From the NCBI GenBank assembly GCA_030820665.1, contig GCA_030820665.1_4852.1: DNA of 17,779 nucleotides. One strand, given 5' to 3'. The position numbers and the translations under genes are program-made. Below the pieces are notes generated by a model, which searched no databases, was not told the origin of the DNA, and worked only from the letters and a program-made list of their open reading frames with translations. The stretch is from a phage. This document shows, in pieces, positions 7,437-14,584 of this stretch; the first letter of the stretch is position 1, and the number at the start of each line of letters is the position of its first letter.

Positions 7437-7908
7437 ATACTGGCGACCGCTGGCAATTATTATAATTGTTGCCGCTGGCGCGTTGTGGGTGGCAAATAAA
7501 GTGTCCGGTTATGGCGAGCAACAATATGCCGCCGGATACGCGAAGGCAGTCGCAGAACAGAAGGCCGCAGACGAACAAGAGGAGCAACGACGCAATGCAG
7601 AACTGCAAAAGATTCAGGCCGACGCACAGCAAAGGATTGATGCTGCGCGCAATGATGCTGTTAATGCTGCCGCTAAGTCTGGCAGGTTGCAGCAACAACT
7701 CACCAGTATCCGCAAGCAGCTCGTCGGATATTCCACCGCTGAGTCCATTGGCAACCCAGCCGCAGAAACCGGAGTTTTGCTTGCAGACGTGCTCCGCAAA
7801 TCTGTCGAAAGAAATCAACAGCTGGCAGATTACGCTGACAGGGCGAGAGAGGCAGGATTGACGTGTGAGGCACAGTATAATTCTCTGCGTAATAAAAAAG
7901 CCCCGTGA
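7417..7908 (+). CDS. Rz-like inner-membrane spanin (i-spanin)
   Basis: N-terminal TM helix (LAIIIIVAAGALWVA) followed by a Gln/Ala/Glu/Arg-rich predicted coiled coil; CCGGAGG SD; lies after the endolysin and holin candidate. Confidence 0.75.
   Translation: MMSILVKYWRPLAIIIIVAAGALWVANKVSGYGEQQYAAGYAKAVAEQKAADEQEEQRRNAELQKIQADAQQRIDAARNDAVNAAAKSGRLQQQLTSIRKQLVGYSTAESIGNPAAETGVLLADVLRKSVERNQQLADYADRAREAGLTCEAQYNSLRNKKAP
7640..7861 (+). CDS. Rz1-like outer-membrane lipoprotein spanin (o-spanin), nested in the +1 frame of the Rz-like gene
   Basis: ATG 7640 with AAAGGA SD. Translates MLRAMMLLMLPLSLAGCSNNSPVS...DIPPLSPLATQPQKPEF...: signal peptide, lipobox LAGC, proline-rich periplasmic segment. 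Lies entirely inside 7417-7908. Confidence 0.75.
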   Translation: MLRAMMLLMLPLSLAGCSNNSPVSASSSSDIPPLSPLATQPQKPEFCLQTCSANLSKEINSWQITLTGRERQD

Positions 7909-7922
7909 TGGGGCTTTGTTTT
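7898..7922. terminator. Rho-independent terminator (bidirectional) closing the lysis cassette
   Basis: AGCCCC (7899-7904) / GGGGCT (7910-7915) stem with loop GTGAT; A-run upstream and T-run downstream. Overlaps the Rz-like stop codon. Confidence 0.7.
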
Positions 7923-7942
7923 AACCTTCTCCGTAGCCAATG

Positions 7943-8320
7943 TCACGCATAAAGCGCCTCCATCTTGTACCCAAACATAATTGCATTCTGATGCTCAGTG
8001 CTACCAGAAAACACCAGATAGCGTTTACCTCGATTATCCGTAACGATGTAGGCAGCTGGTGAGTTTTCCTTCCTAAATCTGGCTTCGTCATCACTCCCTT
8101 CATACATCCTCCCACTCGCTGGCAGATACAAATCGAATGTTTGAATTTCCGTTCCGCTGCATTCATTGCTACGTTCATTGAACAGGATAGCCAATCTTGG
8201 GTTGCCATTGGAATGCTTTGCAGGGAATGCGATTCTCCAGCCATCGCACATATACTGACTTGGGTAGGATAGCCATGACTTACCGCGCCTACCCTCCGTA
8301 AGAATCGGCTTACTCGCCAT
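7943..8320 (-). CDS. Hypothetical protein (125 aa)
   Basis: Minus ORF (track 7943-8368). The ATG at 8320 has a strong SD (GGAGGATCATA then ATG). No motif recognised. Confidence 0.55.
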   Translation of the reverse strand: MASKPILTEGRRGKSWLSYPSQYMCDGWRIAFPAKHSNGNPRLAILFNERSNECSGTEIQTFDLYLPASGRMYEGSDDEARFRKENSPAAYIVTDNRGKRYLVFSGSTEHQNAIMFGYKMEALYA

Positions 8321-8585
8321 TATGATCCTCCACAATCCGCACCAGTGAGCACTCAAGATTCGGTGCATTGTAATTACCAGCCAGAAACAGCACGCTACCA
8401 GTGCTAATAAGCACCTGCTTCGCGTTCGCCTGCGACAGATTCTGCACGATGAATTGCGCTGTTTCTGTGCCGATTTTCAGCACTGCGCTGCCGTCGCTGT
8501 TCAGTGATACAAGTTGTGCGGAAGTGTCAGTAATGTTGGTGAAGTTCGCGTTTCGCTGCGCGATTGTGATGTCGCAAAAAGACAT
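8310..8585 (-). CDS. Hypothetical protein (91 aa)
   Basis: Minus ORF; overlaps the downstream gene start by 11 nt and abuts the upstream gene. Confidence 0.5.
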   Translation of the reverse strand: MSFCDITIAQRNANFTNITDTSAQLVSLNSDGSAVLKIGTETAQFIVQNLSQANAKQVLISTGSVLFLAGNYNAPNLECSLVRIVEDHNGE

Positions 8586-8887
8586 TATTTAATCTCTCCG
8601 TTCAGTTCATTAACAATTAACGTTGCATAGCCAGCAATATCTTTCCAGCTGTCATCATAAGTCGGGTCGCCATTCAGAATGCGCCCAATCTTGTGCTGAA
8701 TCATGTCGAGCGCCTCGCGTTGACTTGGTGTGAGATTGCGCCAGCCATCTACCTTGCGCATCACATCTTTCAACTCCTGCATAATTTCAGCGCCGTCTTT
8801 GAATTTACCGTATCGACTACCGCGTTCGGTGATGAGTCGCTCTGTTGCGTCAGTATGGCGCTTATCGCCCGTGATTTGTGAACTCAT
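8585..8887 (-). CDS. Hypothetical protein (100 aa), probably all-alpha
   Basis: Minus ORF with SD GGAGAA. Translates MSSQITGDKRHTDATERLITERGSRYGKFKDGAEIMQELKD...SQREALDMIQHKIGRILNGDPTYDDSWKDIAGYATLIV. No confident family assignment. Confidence 0.55.
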   Translation of the reverse strand: MSSQITGDKRHTDATERLITERGSRYGKFKDGAEIMQELKDVMRKVDGWRNLTPSQREALDMIQHKIGRILNGDPTYDDSWKDIAGYATLIVNELNGEIK

Positions 8888-9374
8888 TGTGATGCATTCT
8901 CCTGAATTCTTTTATTTTTGCTTCTGCTTCTCTTATGTCGGAAAAGTAACCAACTGTGAATCTTTTGCCATTTACTCCAACTCTTGCATGCCACTTGTTG
9001 TGCGATGAACTCCAGTTAACCCCCTTGATACCGCTAGTGTTGTTTTTGTTCATTGCTTTGTTGTGGCTATTCTCAAATTTGCTGGCCTCCCTTAAATTGC
9101 ACGCCCTGTTGTCATTGCGAATGCCATTAATGTGGTCAATCATTTCACTTGCTGGCGCGCCATGAATGCATATCCATGCCAATCTGTGAGCAAGAAAAGC
9201 CCTACCGCAAAGAATTATTTGCACATATCCATCTGGCTTTAAGTAGCCAGCCACACTCCCTTTTTCTGCAATCCTATTCCTTGTCTTTAGCCATTTAAAT
9301 TCCCCAGTTAGTGGATTGTAGTAAAGGTAACTCAATATAAACTCCCTACTCGGCTCATCTCTCCTATGCCTCAT
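8862..9374 (-). CDS. HNH homing endonuclease (HNH_3-type core with AP2-like C-terminal domain)
   Basis: Motifs YNPLTGEFKW, HRLAWICIHG, IDHINGIRNDNRACNLR and C-terminal SGIKGVNWSSSHNKWHARVGVNGKRFTVGYFSDIREAEAKIKEF. The region looks AT-richer than the flanking sequence. Confidence 0.85.
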   Translation of the reverse strand: MRHRRDEPSREFILSYLYYNPLTGEFKWLKTRNRIAEKGSVAGYLKPDGYVQIILCGRAFLAHRLAWICIHGAPASEMIDHINGIRNDNRACNLREASKFENSHNKAMNKNNTSGIKGVNWSSSHNKWHARVGVNGKRFTVGYFSDIREAEAKIKEFRRMHHNEFTNHGR

Positions 9375-9577
9375 TTCTCATCCTCTTTCATTGTCACCCT
9401 ATTATTCTCGTCAACACTGAAGTTGGCCCGAATCAAATCATACATATCTTCCTTAGGCATATCAGCCAGCGCCACATAGCAACGGGCGAAGTAGCGAACA
9501 TCACGGAGTGTCAGCGGTTGTCGCTTCTCCACAATGCTGGTGATAATGTCCATCGGCTCGCGTCGTGGTCTTGGCAT
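9371..9577 (-). CDS. Hypothetical protein (68 aa), first gene of the minus-strand operon
   Basis: Strong SD on the minus strand (GAAGGAGTAGTAAAT then ATG); its stop overlaps the HNH start (ATGA). Confidence 0.5.
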   Translation of the reverse strand: MPRPRREPMDIITSIVEKRQPLTLRDVRYFARCYVALADMPKEDMYDLIRANFSVDENNRVTMKEDEK

Positions 9578-9676
9578 ATTTACTACTCCTTCTCGAAAAA
9601 CATCTTGACGTTTCTACATCATTTAGTCAATGCTTGTTGACGTAGATTGTACCACAACGGAAAAGGTGATGTGGAA
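9578..9676. promoter_or_regulatory. Divergent intergenic region, probable promoter(s) for the 9577 minus operon and the 9677 plus block
   Basis: 99-bp AT-rich gap between divergently oriented genes. TTGACG (9606-9611) and TTGACG (9637-9642) on the plus strand; TTGACT and TACAAT-like hexamers on the minus strand. Spacing is not ideal for any single pair. Confidence 0.25.
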
Positions 9677-9874
9677 ATGCGATACAAAGAAATAGCAGCG
9701 AGATACCAGAAGGAAGTTCGCGAGGTTATGGAAATCCTTAACGTTCGCGAGGATACCATTAAGTTTGTGGAAACCGCCATGTGTTCACTGGCGCTTGAAG
9801 CGGAGGTTGCGGGTCGTGAAAAGGCTGACGAACTTATATCTGCGGTGGTTTATAGTTCAACCAGTAACGGTTGA
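9677..9874 (+). CDS. Hypothetical protein (65 aa)
   Basis: ATG 9677 with AAGGTG SD (track ORF 9647 starts at an upstream TTG). Confidence 0.45.
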   Translation: MRYKEIAARYQKEVREVMEILNVREDTIKFVETAMCSLALEAEVAGREKADELISAVVYSSTSNG

Positions 9875-9934
9875 AGATGAAGGTTATCTGTGCGTTGAGC
9901 ACGTTGTTATCAAATTCTACGGGAGAAATTATAA

Positions 9935-10129
9935 ATGGCGCATGACGAACTGTACGAAGAATCGTTAATCCAGAGGTTGAATGAAGTTGAGCGCACTCGC
10001 GAATGGCTGGAGTGCGAGTTACGAGAAGTGCGCAACCGCCTGCAACGCAAGCGCAGTCAGCAAAGAGATGTCATCGACTGGTCTGGGGGTACACCTAAAT
10101 TTAACAATCTGGGAGAATGGTTGAAATGA
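9935..10129 (+). CDS. Hypothetical protein (64 aa), charged, probably helical
   Basis: GGGAGA SD; its stop overlaps the start of the downstream HNH gene. Confidence 0.45.
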   Translation: MAHDELYEESLIQRLNEVERTREWLECELREVRNRLQRKRSQQRDVIDWSGGTPKFNNLGEWLK

Positions 10130-10656
10130 GCAACATTAGTAAGGAAAGCATTTTAAAGTTCCTCCAGCATGATGAAAATACAGGAAACTTTCTATGGATT
10201 GATAATTTCTCAAGAAAATCAAAGAAAGGGAAGGTGGCTGGAGGTATTACATCGCATGGGTATTGGAGAATTCAACTCCCCATCGGGAGGTTTTACGCAC
10301 ACAGAATGGCGTGGATTGTTTGCAATGGAGATATACCAAACGGATATGAGATTGATCACATAAATGGGAACAAGAAAGATAATCGCATCAGCAACCTAAG
10401 ATTGGTCACAAGAGGTCAAAATGTTATGAATGTAGGCGTGAAAAACAATAATACAAGCGGAGTTAAGGATGTTGTTTGGGACTCTTCGCGAGAAAGGTGG
10501 AGGGTTCAAATTACAGCCAATGGCAAGCATTATTATGGAGGTAGATTCTCGTCAATAACACAAGCAAAAGAGGAGAGGAACAGGCTCATAAAGATGGTTC
10601 ACGGGAAATTTTTGAATACAAAAGGTGAGCAATATGACACTACTAATGAACGATGA
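10126..10656 (+). CDS. HNH homing endonuclease (HNH_3-type core with AP2-like C-terminal domain)
   Basis: Motifs ENTGNFLW, HRMAWIVCNG, IDHINGNKKDNRISNLR and SGVKDVVWDSSRERWRVQITANGKHYYGGRFSS; paralogous to 8862-9374 and to the fragment at 1-168. Start is 10126 or 10117. Confidence 0.85.
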   Translation: MSNISKESILKFLQHDENTGNFLWIDNFSRKSKKGKVAGGITSHGYWRIQLPIGRFYAHRMAWIVCNGDIPNGYEIDHINGNKKDNRISNLRLVTRGQNVMNVGVKNNNTSGVKDVVWDSSRERWRVQITANGKHYYGGRFSSITQAKEERNRLIKMVHGKFLNTKGEQYDTTNER

Positions 10657-10870
10657 GAAATTACTTGAATGCCCGTTTTGTGGTTGTGATGACGTAAGTG
10701 TTATTGATGACGGCGAATGGTTGCACGTTGAGTGCGGAGATTGTTTTTGCCGCACTGACTCGTATTGCTGCGCATCCACGGCAATGAAGAAATGGAACAC
10801 AAGAGGTGGACACCTCTACACTTCCGACGACTTCAATCAGGCAGCAGAGGAGCGTGATTATGGACTATAA
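10634..10870 (+). CDS. Lar-like zinc-finger protein (restriction-alleviation family candidate)
   Basis: About 78 aa with LLECPFCG...x19...CGDCFC plus additional Cys, and a C-terminal AMKKWNTRGG resembling the Lar-family ...AWNRR ending (family recalled from memory). AGGTGA SD; the 5' end overlaps the HNH 3' end by 23 nt. Confidence 0.55.
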   Translation: MTLLMNDEKLLECPFCGCDDVSVIDDGEWLHVECGDCFCRTDSYCCASTAMKKWNTRGGHLYTSDDFNQAAEERDYGL

Positions 10871-11348
10871 ATCACAAATCATGCGCGTGATTATGAATCA
10901 CCCCGGAGCAACGCGCGCATACATTGAGAAGCATTGCGGAGGTAAGCATTCAAGCACCACAACGCATCGCTTACATGAGATGCTTGCTCTTGGATTCATT
11001 CGTCGCGAGAAGTCAGTGATTCGCGGCGGCAAGTGGCAGTATAAATATTTCATCTCTGATGATGCAGCCGGTATTGATGATGCTATTAAGTGCCATTTGC
11101 TTGATAACGCTGGCGCGGAAGTGAAAGAAATCAGTACCACCACTGGCATTGATTATCGCATCGTGAAAAGCCGCATCCGCATTATGTTTCATAACGGTGA
11201 TGTGACGCGAAGCTATGACCACCACAAGAAGCTGTGGCGTTATTCATGGAAGGAGAAGGAAGTCAATGTAAGCAATCTATTTAATTCACTTCTTCGCAGC
11301 GTAAGGGGTCAGCATGGGAAAAGCCAAACGCAAGAAGCAAGAGTATGA
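10860..11348 (+). CDS. Putative DNA-binding protein with two winged-helix-like repeats
   Basis: The ATG at 10860 overlaps the Lar-like stop. Two similar segments (MRVIMNHPGATRAYIEKHCG...RLHEMLALGFIRRE and KEISTTTGIDYRIVKSRIRIMFHNGDVTRS) resemble wHTH recognition units. Pattern-based only. Confidence 0.45.
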   Translation: MDYKSQIMRVIMNHPGATRAYIEKHCGGKHSSTTTHRLHEMLALGFIRREKSVIRGGKWQYKYFISDDAAGIDDAIKCHLLDNAGAEVKEISTTTGIDYRIVKSRIRIMFHNGDVTRSYDHHKKLWRYSWKEKEVNVSNLFNSLLRSVRGQHGKSQTQEARV

Positions 11349-11490
11349 ACCTCTACCGCCATGCGAAATGTCAGGAATGCCGCAGCAGGAGGATGTGATT
11401 CTCACCGAGGCTGAGTGGCGCAAGGTGGCAAGAGTGCAAATCATGTTCCGCACACTTGCTGAGGATGTACTAAATGAAATGGGCTATTAA
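11314..11490 (+). CDS. Hypothetical mini-protein (58 aa; below the ORF-track cutoff)
   Basis: ATG 11314 with GGGG SD. Translates MGKAKRKKQEYEPLPPCEMSGMPQQEDVILTEAEWRKVARVQIMFRTLAEDVLNEMGY. Overlaps both neighbours. Confidence 0.3.
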   Translation: MGKAKRKKQEYEPLPPCEMSGMPQQEDVILTEAEWRKVARVQIMFRTLAEDVLNEMGY

Positions 11491-11827
11491 GCATAAATCC
11501 GGCAGAACTCTGTTTGTAACATCGGATGAGTTTATTGCCAATAACCGTAGAAAGATGGGCTGGATAGTAGAGGAAGTGAAGATGACGAGTAGAGAGCAGT
11601 TTGAGCTCCAATGCAGAAATGGGTTGATCAATGGCGGATTAGCAGTGTTTGAAAATGGTGTTTACGCTTCCGAATTAACAAGAGCTGTCTGGGCTGGATG
11701 GAAAGCATCGCGCGCAGCAATTGAAATTGAATTGCCAGAGGAAGAAAGTTTGGGATGCCACGCTATTTACTATGCAGAAGATGTTATTGAGGCAATTGAA
11801 CAATCAGGCTTAAAGGTGAAAAAATGA
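11474..11827 (+). CDS. Hypothetical protein (117 aa)
   Basis: ORF with GAGGATG SD; ATGA overlap with the next gene. Confidence 0.5.
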   Translation: MKWAIKHKSGRTLFVTSDEFIANNRRKMGWIVEEVKMTSREQFELQCRNGLINGGLAVFENGVYASELTRAVWAGWKASRAAIEIELPEEESLGCHAIYYAEDVIEAIEQSGLKVKK

Positions 11828-12150
11828 TTATCCAACTAAACGACATTATGAAAGCAGACATCATTCAGCTTGAAGATTATGACGTGCAACTGGCGTTTGA
11901 AATCGAAACAGTTGAGCGTCAGCTGCAGTATGCTGATAAGAAGAATGATCGTGTCTGGCACGAGAAAGCACTTAAGGCGCGCGACCACATGAAACGCACG
12001 CGAGCGCTTATCAAAACGCGACTCGACAAGCTGTATTTTGGTGAAGAACGCATGTTGCATGGCGCGATACTGGCGCAAATCCGCAAGGAAATGCCAATTG
12101 GCAAGTTTATGTCATACGTTCACCGCGCAAAGCAGGAGGCCGGGTTATGA
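11824..12150 (+). CDS. Hypothetical protein (108 aa)
   Basis: Coupled ORF (ATGA overlaps at both ends). Confidence 0.5.
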   Translation: MIIQLNDIMKADIIQLEDYDVQLAFEIETVERQLQYADKKNDRVWHEKALKARDHMKRTRALIKTRLDKLYFGEERMLHGAILAQIRKEMPIGKFMSYVHRAKQEAGL

Positions 12151-12335
12151 GCGAACCAAAATTTCCAGAGCTGCCTGTTGAGGTTCAGGTTGCATTGATC
12201 AATGCGGCAAGTGCAATGGCGACAAAGAAGATTGAGGCAATAGGCAGTGATTACAACAGGAGCATAGACTGGTTTCAGAGGGAGTATCAAAAAATCTGCG
12301 ACGCACTCTACAAAGAAAACAGAGGTAGATCATGA
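12147..12335 (+). CDS. Hypothetical protein (62 aa)
   Basis: Coupled ORF; its stop overlaps the next ATG (12332). Confidence 0.45.
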   Translation: MSEPKFPELPVEVQVALINAASAMATKKIEAIGSDYNRSIDWFQREYQKICDALYKENRGRS

Positions 12336-12478
12336 TTTCATTGCTTTGGATATTATCAGCATATGCATTTGCGAGAGTATTTGAGGCCGACACTCTGTAC
12401 CAGATGATTTGCTATGGCGCTCTGTTCTGTCTCTCTGGTGCTGCGCTCGCATTCATTGATGATGTGATTTCAGAATAA
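12332..12478 (+). CDS. Hypothetical small hydrophobic protein (48 aa; below the ORF-track cutoff)
   Basis: ATGA overlap with the upstream gene. Translates MISLLWILSAYAFARVFEADTLYQMICYGALFCLSGAALAFIDDVISE. Confidence 0.35.
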   Translation: MISLLWILSAYAFARVFEADTLYQMICYGALFCLSGAALAFIDDVISE

Positions 12479-12632
12479 CTCCGTATATCTTTTGTTCATC
12501 ATGGGCTGCTATCATTTAATCATGAGGTAGCCCATGAACATAATCCCTATCACTTACTTTCTCACGCTATACGCACTCACCAATTCGCCATTGTTTGCAC
12601 TGGCTACCGCCTCGTGGTGCTATATCTCCCTG

Positions 12633-12641
12633 TGTTATAAT
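12633..12641 (+). promoter_or_regulatory. Candidate extended -10 promoter (TGtTATAAT) for the head operon
   Basis: TG at 12633-12634 and a perfect TATAAT at 12636-12641, about 32 nt upstream of the ATG at 12673 (GGAGAG SD). Preceded by a 194-bp non-coding leader. Confidence 0.45.
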
Positions 12642-12672
12642 TCGACCACAAACTAACCGTGGAGAGTTAACC

Positions 12673-14088
12673 ATGATTGTCAAGATTGGCGATAAGTGGG
12701 TGGTCAAGTCGAAAGACGGCTCACAGCAATTTGGTGAATACGACACAGAAGAGGCAGCAAAAAAACGCCTCGCAGAAGTCGAAGCGTTTAAGCACATGAA
12801 TAATAAATTGCAGGTTAACGTCCTGACAACCATCAATTCAGCCAGCAATATCAGTGAGCAAATCATTGATGGCGACCCGCACTACGTAATTAAAAACGTC
12901 GTGCCAGTGGTTGATGATGTTGTGATGAATAACGGCCTGTATCCGGGAGAGGAAATCCGCAAGAGCTATCACGGACTTGATGGTAAACCTGCACCATACA
13001 ATCACCCGATGATTGACGGTAAATATGTCTCTGCAAGCATGACGCGCGCAGCTAACCAGTTCAGCGTTGGCGCATGGATTGAAAACTCATCTCATGACGG
13101 CAGCAAGGCGCTGGTTGACCTGAAGGTAAACAAAGTCATCGCTGAACGCTCCGAGAAAGGTCAGGAGTTGCTTGGTCGCATTGAAGCGCTAATGAACTCC
13201 GCAGAAGGCGCAGAGCCAATCCATGTATCCACCGGCTTATTGCTCAACCGCGAGGCTACGGAAGGCACAAGCAAAGGCAAAAAATACACATGGATTGCGC
13301 GCAACATGGAATGGGACCATCTCGCCATCCTGCCGCCGGGAGTGCCAGGAGCTGGAACGCCAGAAGATGGTGTTGGAATCTTTGCCACCAACGGCGAGCA
13401 AATCGAACGCATCACCGTAAACCTTGAGGACTCAACCGTGCCAGACGAAAGCGCCAACAAGATTAATTATAAATCGTGGCTACATAAGGCCATCAACTAC
13501 ATCACCAACAAATCAGATTTGTCGTTTGAGAACATCAGTGAGCAGATTCGCCAGATTCTGAAGGCTGAAGTTGGCGAGGATGTCTGGCCTTATATTGTGG
13601 CTGTGTACGACGACCGCGTCGGATTTGAAATCAAAGGCCAGATTTTTCAGCAGCTCTACATCGTTGAAGATGATGTGGTAAAATTGGTCGGTGAGCGGGT
13701 CAAGGCTGTTTATAAAACTGAACTTGAGCCGGTAAAATCAACTGAAGGGGAAATCTCAATGACGAACGAGGAATTACAAGCGGCAGTAGCGGAAGCTACC
13801 AAGTTGGCCGTTAATGAAGCCCTCAAGCCGGTTCAGGAAAAGCTTGATTCCGTCACTGCTGAACTGACCGATGTTAAAGGCAAGCTCGCAGCCAACGCCG
13901 AGCAGGAAGAAACCGCGATGCGTGCTGCTATCATCGCGGAACTGAAACTGCCGGAATCCGCTGTGAATGCGCTGAAAGGCGAAGCACTGCGTGAAACCTA
14001 TGCGTTGACCAGCAAGCCTGCTGCGCTGAAGGGTGGCTTCCAGCCGAACCACGCTGATGACGATTTTGATATGGAGGCACCGGAATAA
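12673..14088 (+). CDS. Putative prohead scaffold / head maturation protein (C-terminal coiled-coil domain)
   Basis: ORF track 12595-14088; ATG 12673 follows GGAGAG. The C-terminal ~110 aa ([48 protein letters not shown]...) is scaffold-like. Position immediately upstream of the small head protein and capsid gene. Confidence 0.55.
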   Translation: MIVKIGDKWVVKSKDGSQQFGEYDTEEAAKKRLAEVEAFKHMNNKLQVNVLTTINSASNISEQIIDGDPHYVIKNVVPVVDDVVMNNGLYPGEEIRKSYHGLDGKPAPYNHPMIDGKYVSASMTRAANQFSVGAWIENSSHDGSKALVDLKVNKVIAERSEKGQELLGRIEALMNSAEGAEPIHVSTGLLLNREATEGTSKGKKYTWIARNMEWDHLAILPPGVPGAGTPEDGVGIFATNGEQIERITVNLEDSTVPDESANKINYKSWLHKAINYITNKSDLSFENISEQIRQILKAEVGEDVWPYIVAVYDDRVGFEIKGQIFQQLYIVEDDVVKLVGERVKAVYKTELEPVKSTEGEISMTNEELQAAVAEATKLAVNEALKPVQEKLDSVTAELTDVKGKLAANAEQEETAMRAAIIAELKLPESAVNALKGEALRETYALTSKPAALKGGFQPNHADDDFDMEAPE

Positions 14089-14573
14089 TGGCTACTATCC
14101 GTTATGGCACCATCATTGGTGGTCCAGCTCGCAAGAACGACCCGCAGATTCGCGAAGGCATCATGAAGGTCGCGTTGAAGCCGGGCGCACTGGTTGACTT
14201 CGATACTGCCTCCTCAATTCGTTCCAATTATGACAAAATCATCGCACACGCTACCGCTGGCGGTCAGGGATTCCCTTACGTGCTTCAGCATAACTATCTC
14301 GGTGGTGGCGATGTATCTGAATCAGTTCCTGCTAATGCTACTGGCATGGCTGTGCAGTGCGAATTTGGCGTCACCTATCACGCACTGGTTGCTGCATCTT
14401 CCGAGCTGAAGAAAGGCACCCCGTTGGCAAGTAATGGTACTGGCGCGCTGAAAGTTGCTGGTAATAGGGATAACATCCTGTTCTATTCTTATGAAACTTA
14501 CACCGTTGCCTCTGATGGCGCTGAGCTGGTTGCAGTTCGTCGCGCTGGCAATGCTTCCATGCCTGCGGCGTAA
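14088..14573 (+). CDS. Putative head decoration / auxiliary capsid protein (161 aa)
   Basis: TAATG overlap with the scaffold stop; lies between the scaffold-like gene and the capsid gene; Gly/Ala/Thr-rich, beta-type composition. Confidence 0.45.
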   Translation: MATIRYGTIIGGPARKNDPQIREGIMKVALKPGALVDFDTASSIRSNYDKIIAHATAGGQGFPYVLQHNYLGGGDVSESVPANATGMAVQCEFGVTYHALVAASSELKKGTPLASNGTGALKVAGNRDNILFYSYETYTVASDGAELVAVRRAGNASMPAA

Positions 14574-14584
14574 GGAGCCGAATA

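Noticed and set aside
6947-7818. Minus-strand ORFs 6947-7336, 7369-7818 and 7614-7799 opposite the endolysin, holin and spanin genes
   Set aside because: Anti-sense to genes with strong functional signatures; shadow ORFs.
7921-8244. Minus-strand ORF 7921-8244 (107 aa) in an alternative frame of the 7943-8320 gene
   Set aside because: Overlaps the preferred frame, which has a strong GGAGG SD at its start; it also begins within the terminator region.
8585-8887. Assigning the 100-aa all-alpha protein to a specific enzyme family (for example MazG-like NTP pyrophosphatase)
   Set aside because: Only a loose E..E...D-type pattern is visible; without a profile search this would be over-interpretation. 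Left as hypothetical.
8401-9165. Plus-strand ORFs 8401-8592, 8693-8881, 8730-9008 and 8956-9165
   Set aside because: Anti-sense to the coupled minus-strand operon, including the HNH gene with canonical motifs.
9765-9968. Plus-strand ORF 9765-9968 (67 aa)
   Set aside because: Out-of-frame overlap with two better-supported small genes (9677-9874 and 9935-10129) and no SD.
10169-10363. Plus-strand ORF 10169-10363 inside the HNH gene
   Set aside because: Alternative frame within a gene with clear HNH motifs.
10552-11225. Minus-strand ORFs 10552-10800, 10898-11149 and 11013-11225
   Set aside because: Anti-sense to the coupled plus-strand block; no start signals.
11836-12393. Minus-strand ORFs 11836-12078, 11919-12104 and 12199-12393
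   Set aside because: Anti-sense to plus-strand coupled genes; shadow ORFs.
12567-12866. Minus-strand ORF 12567-12866, and the track start at 12595 for the scaffold ORF
   Set aside because: The minus ORF spans the promoter/leader and the scaffold gene start. The 12595 start would place the candidate -10 element inside the coding region; the ATG at 12673 with a GGAGAG SD is more plausible.
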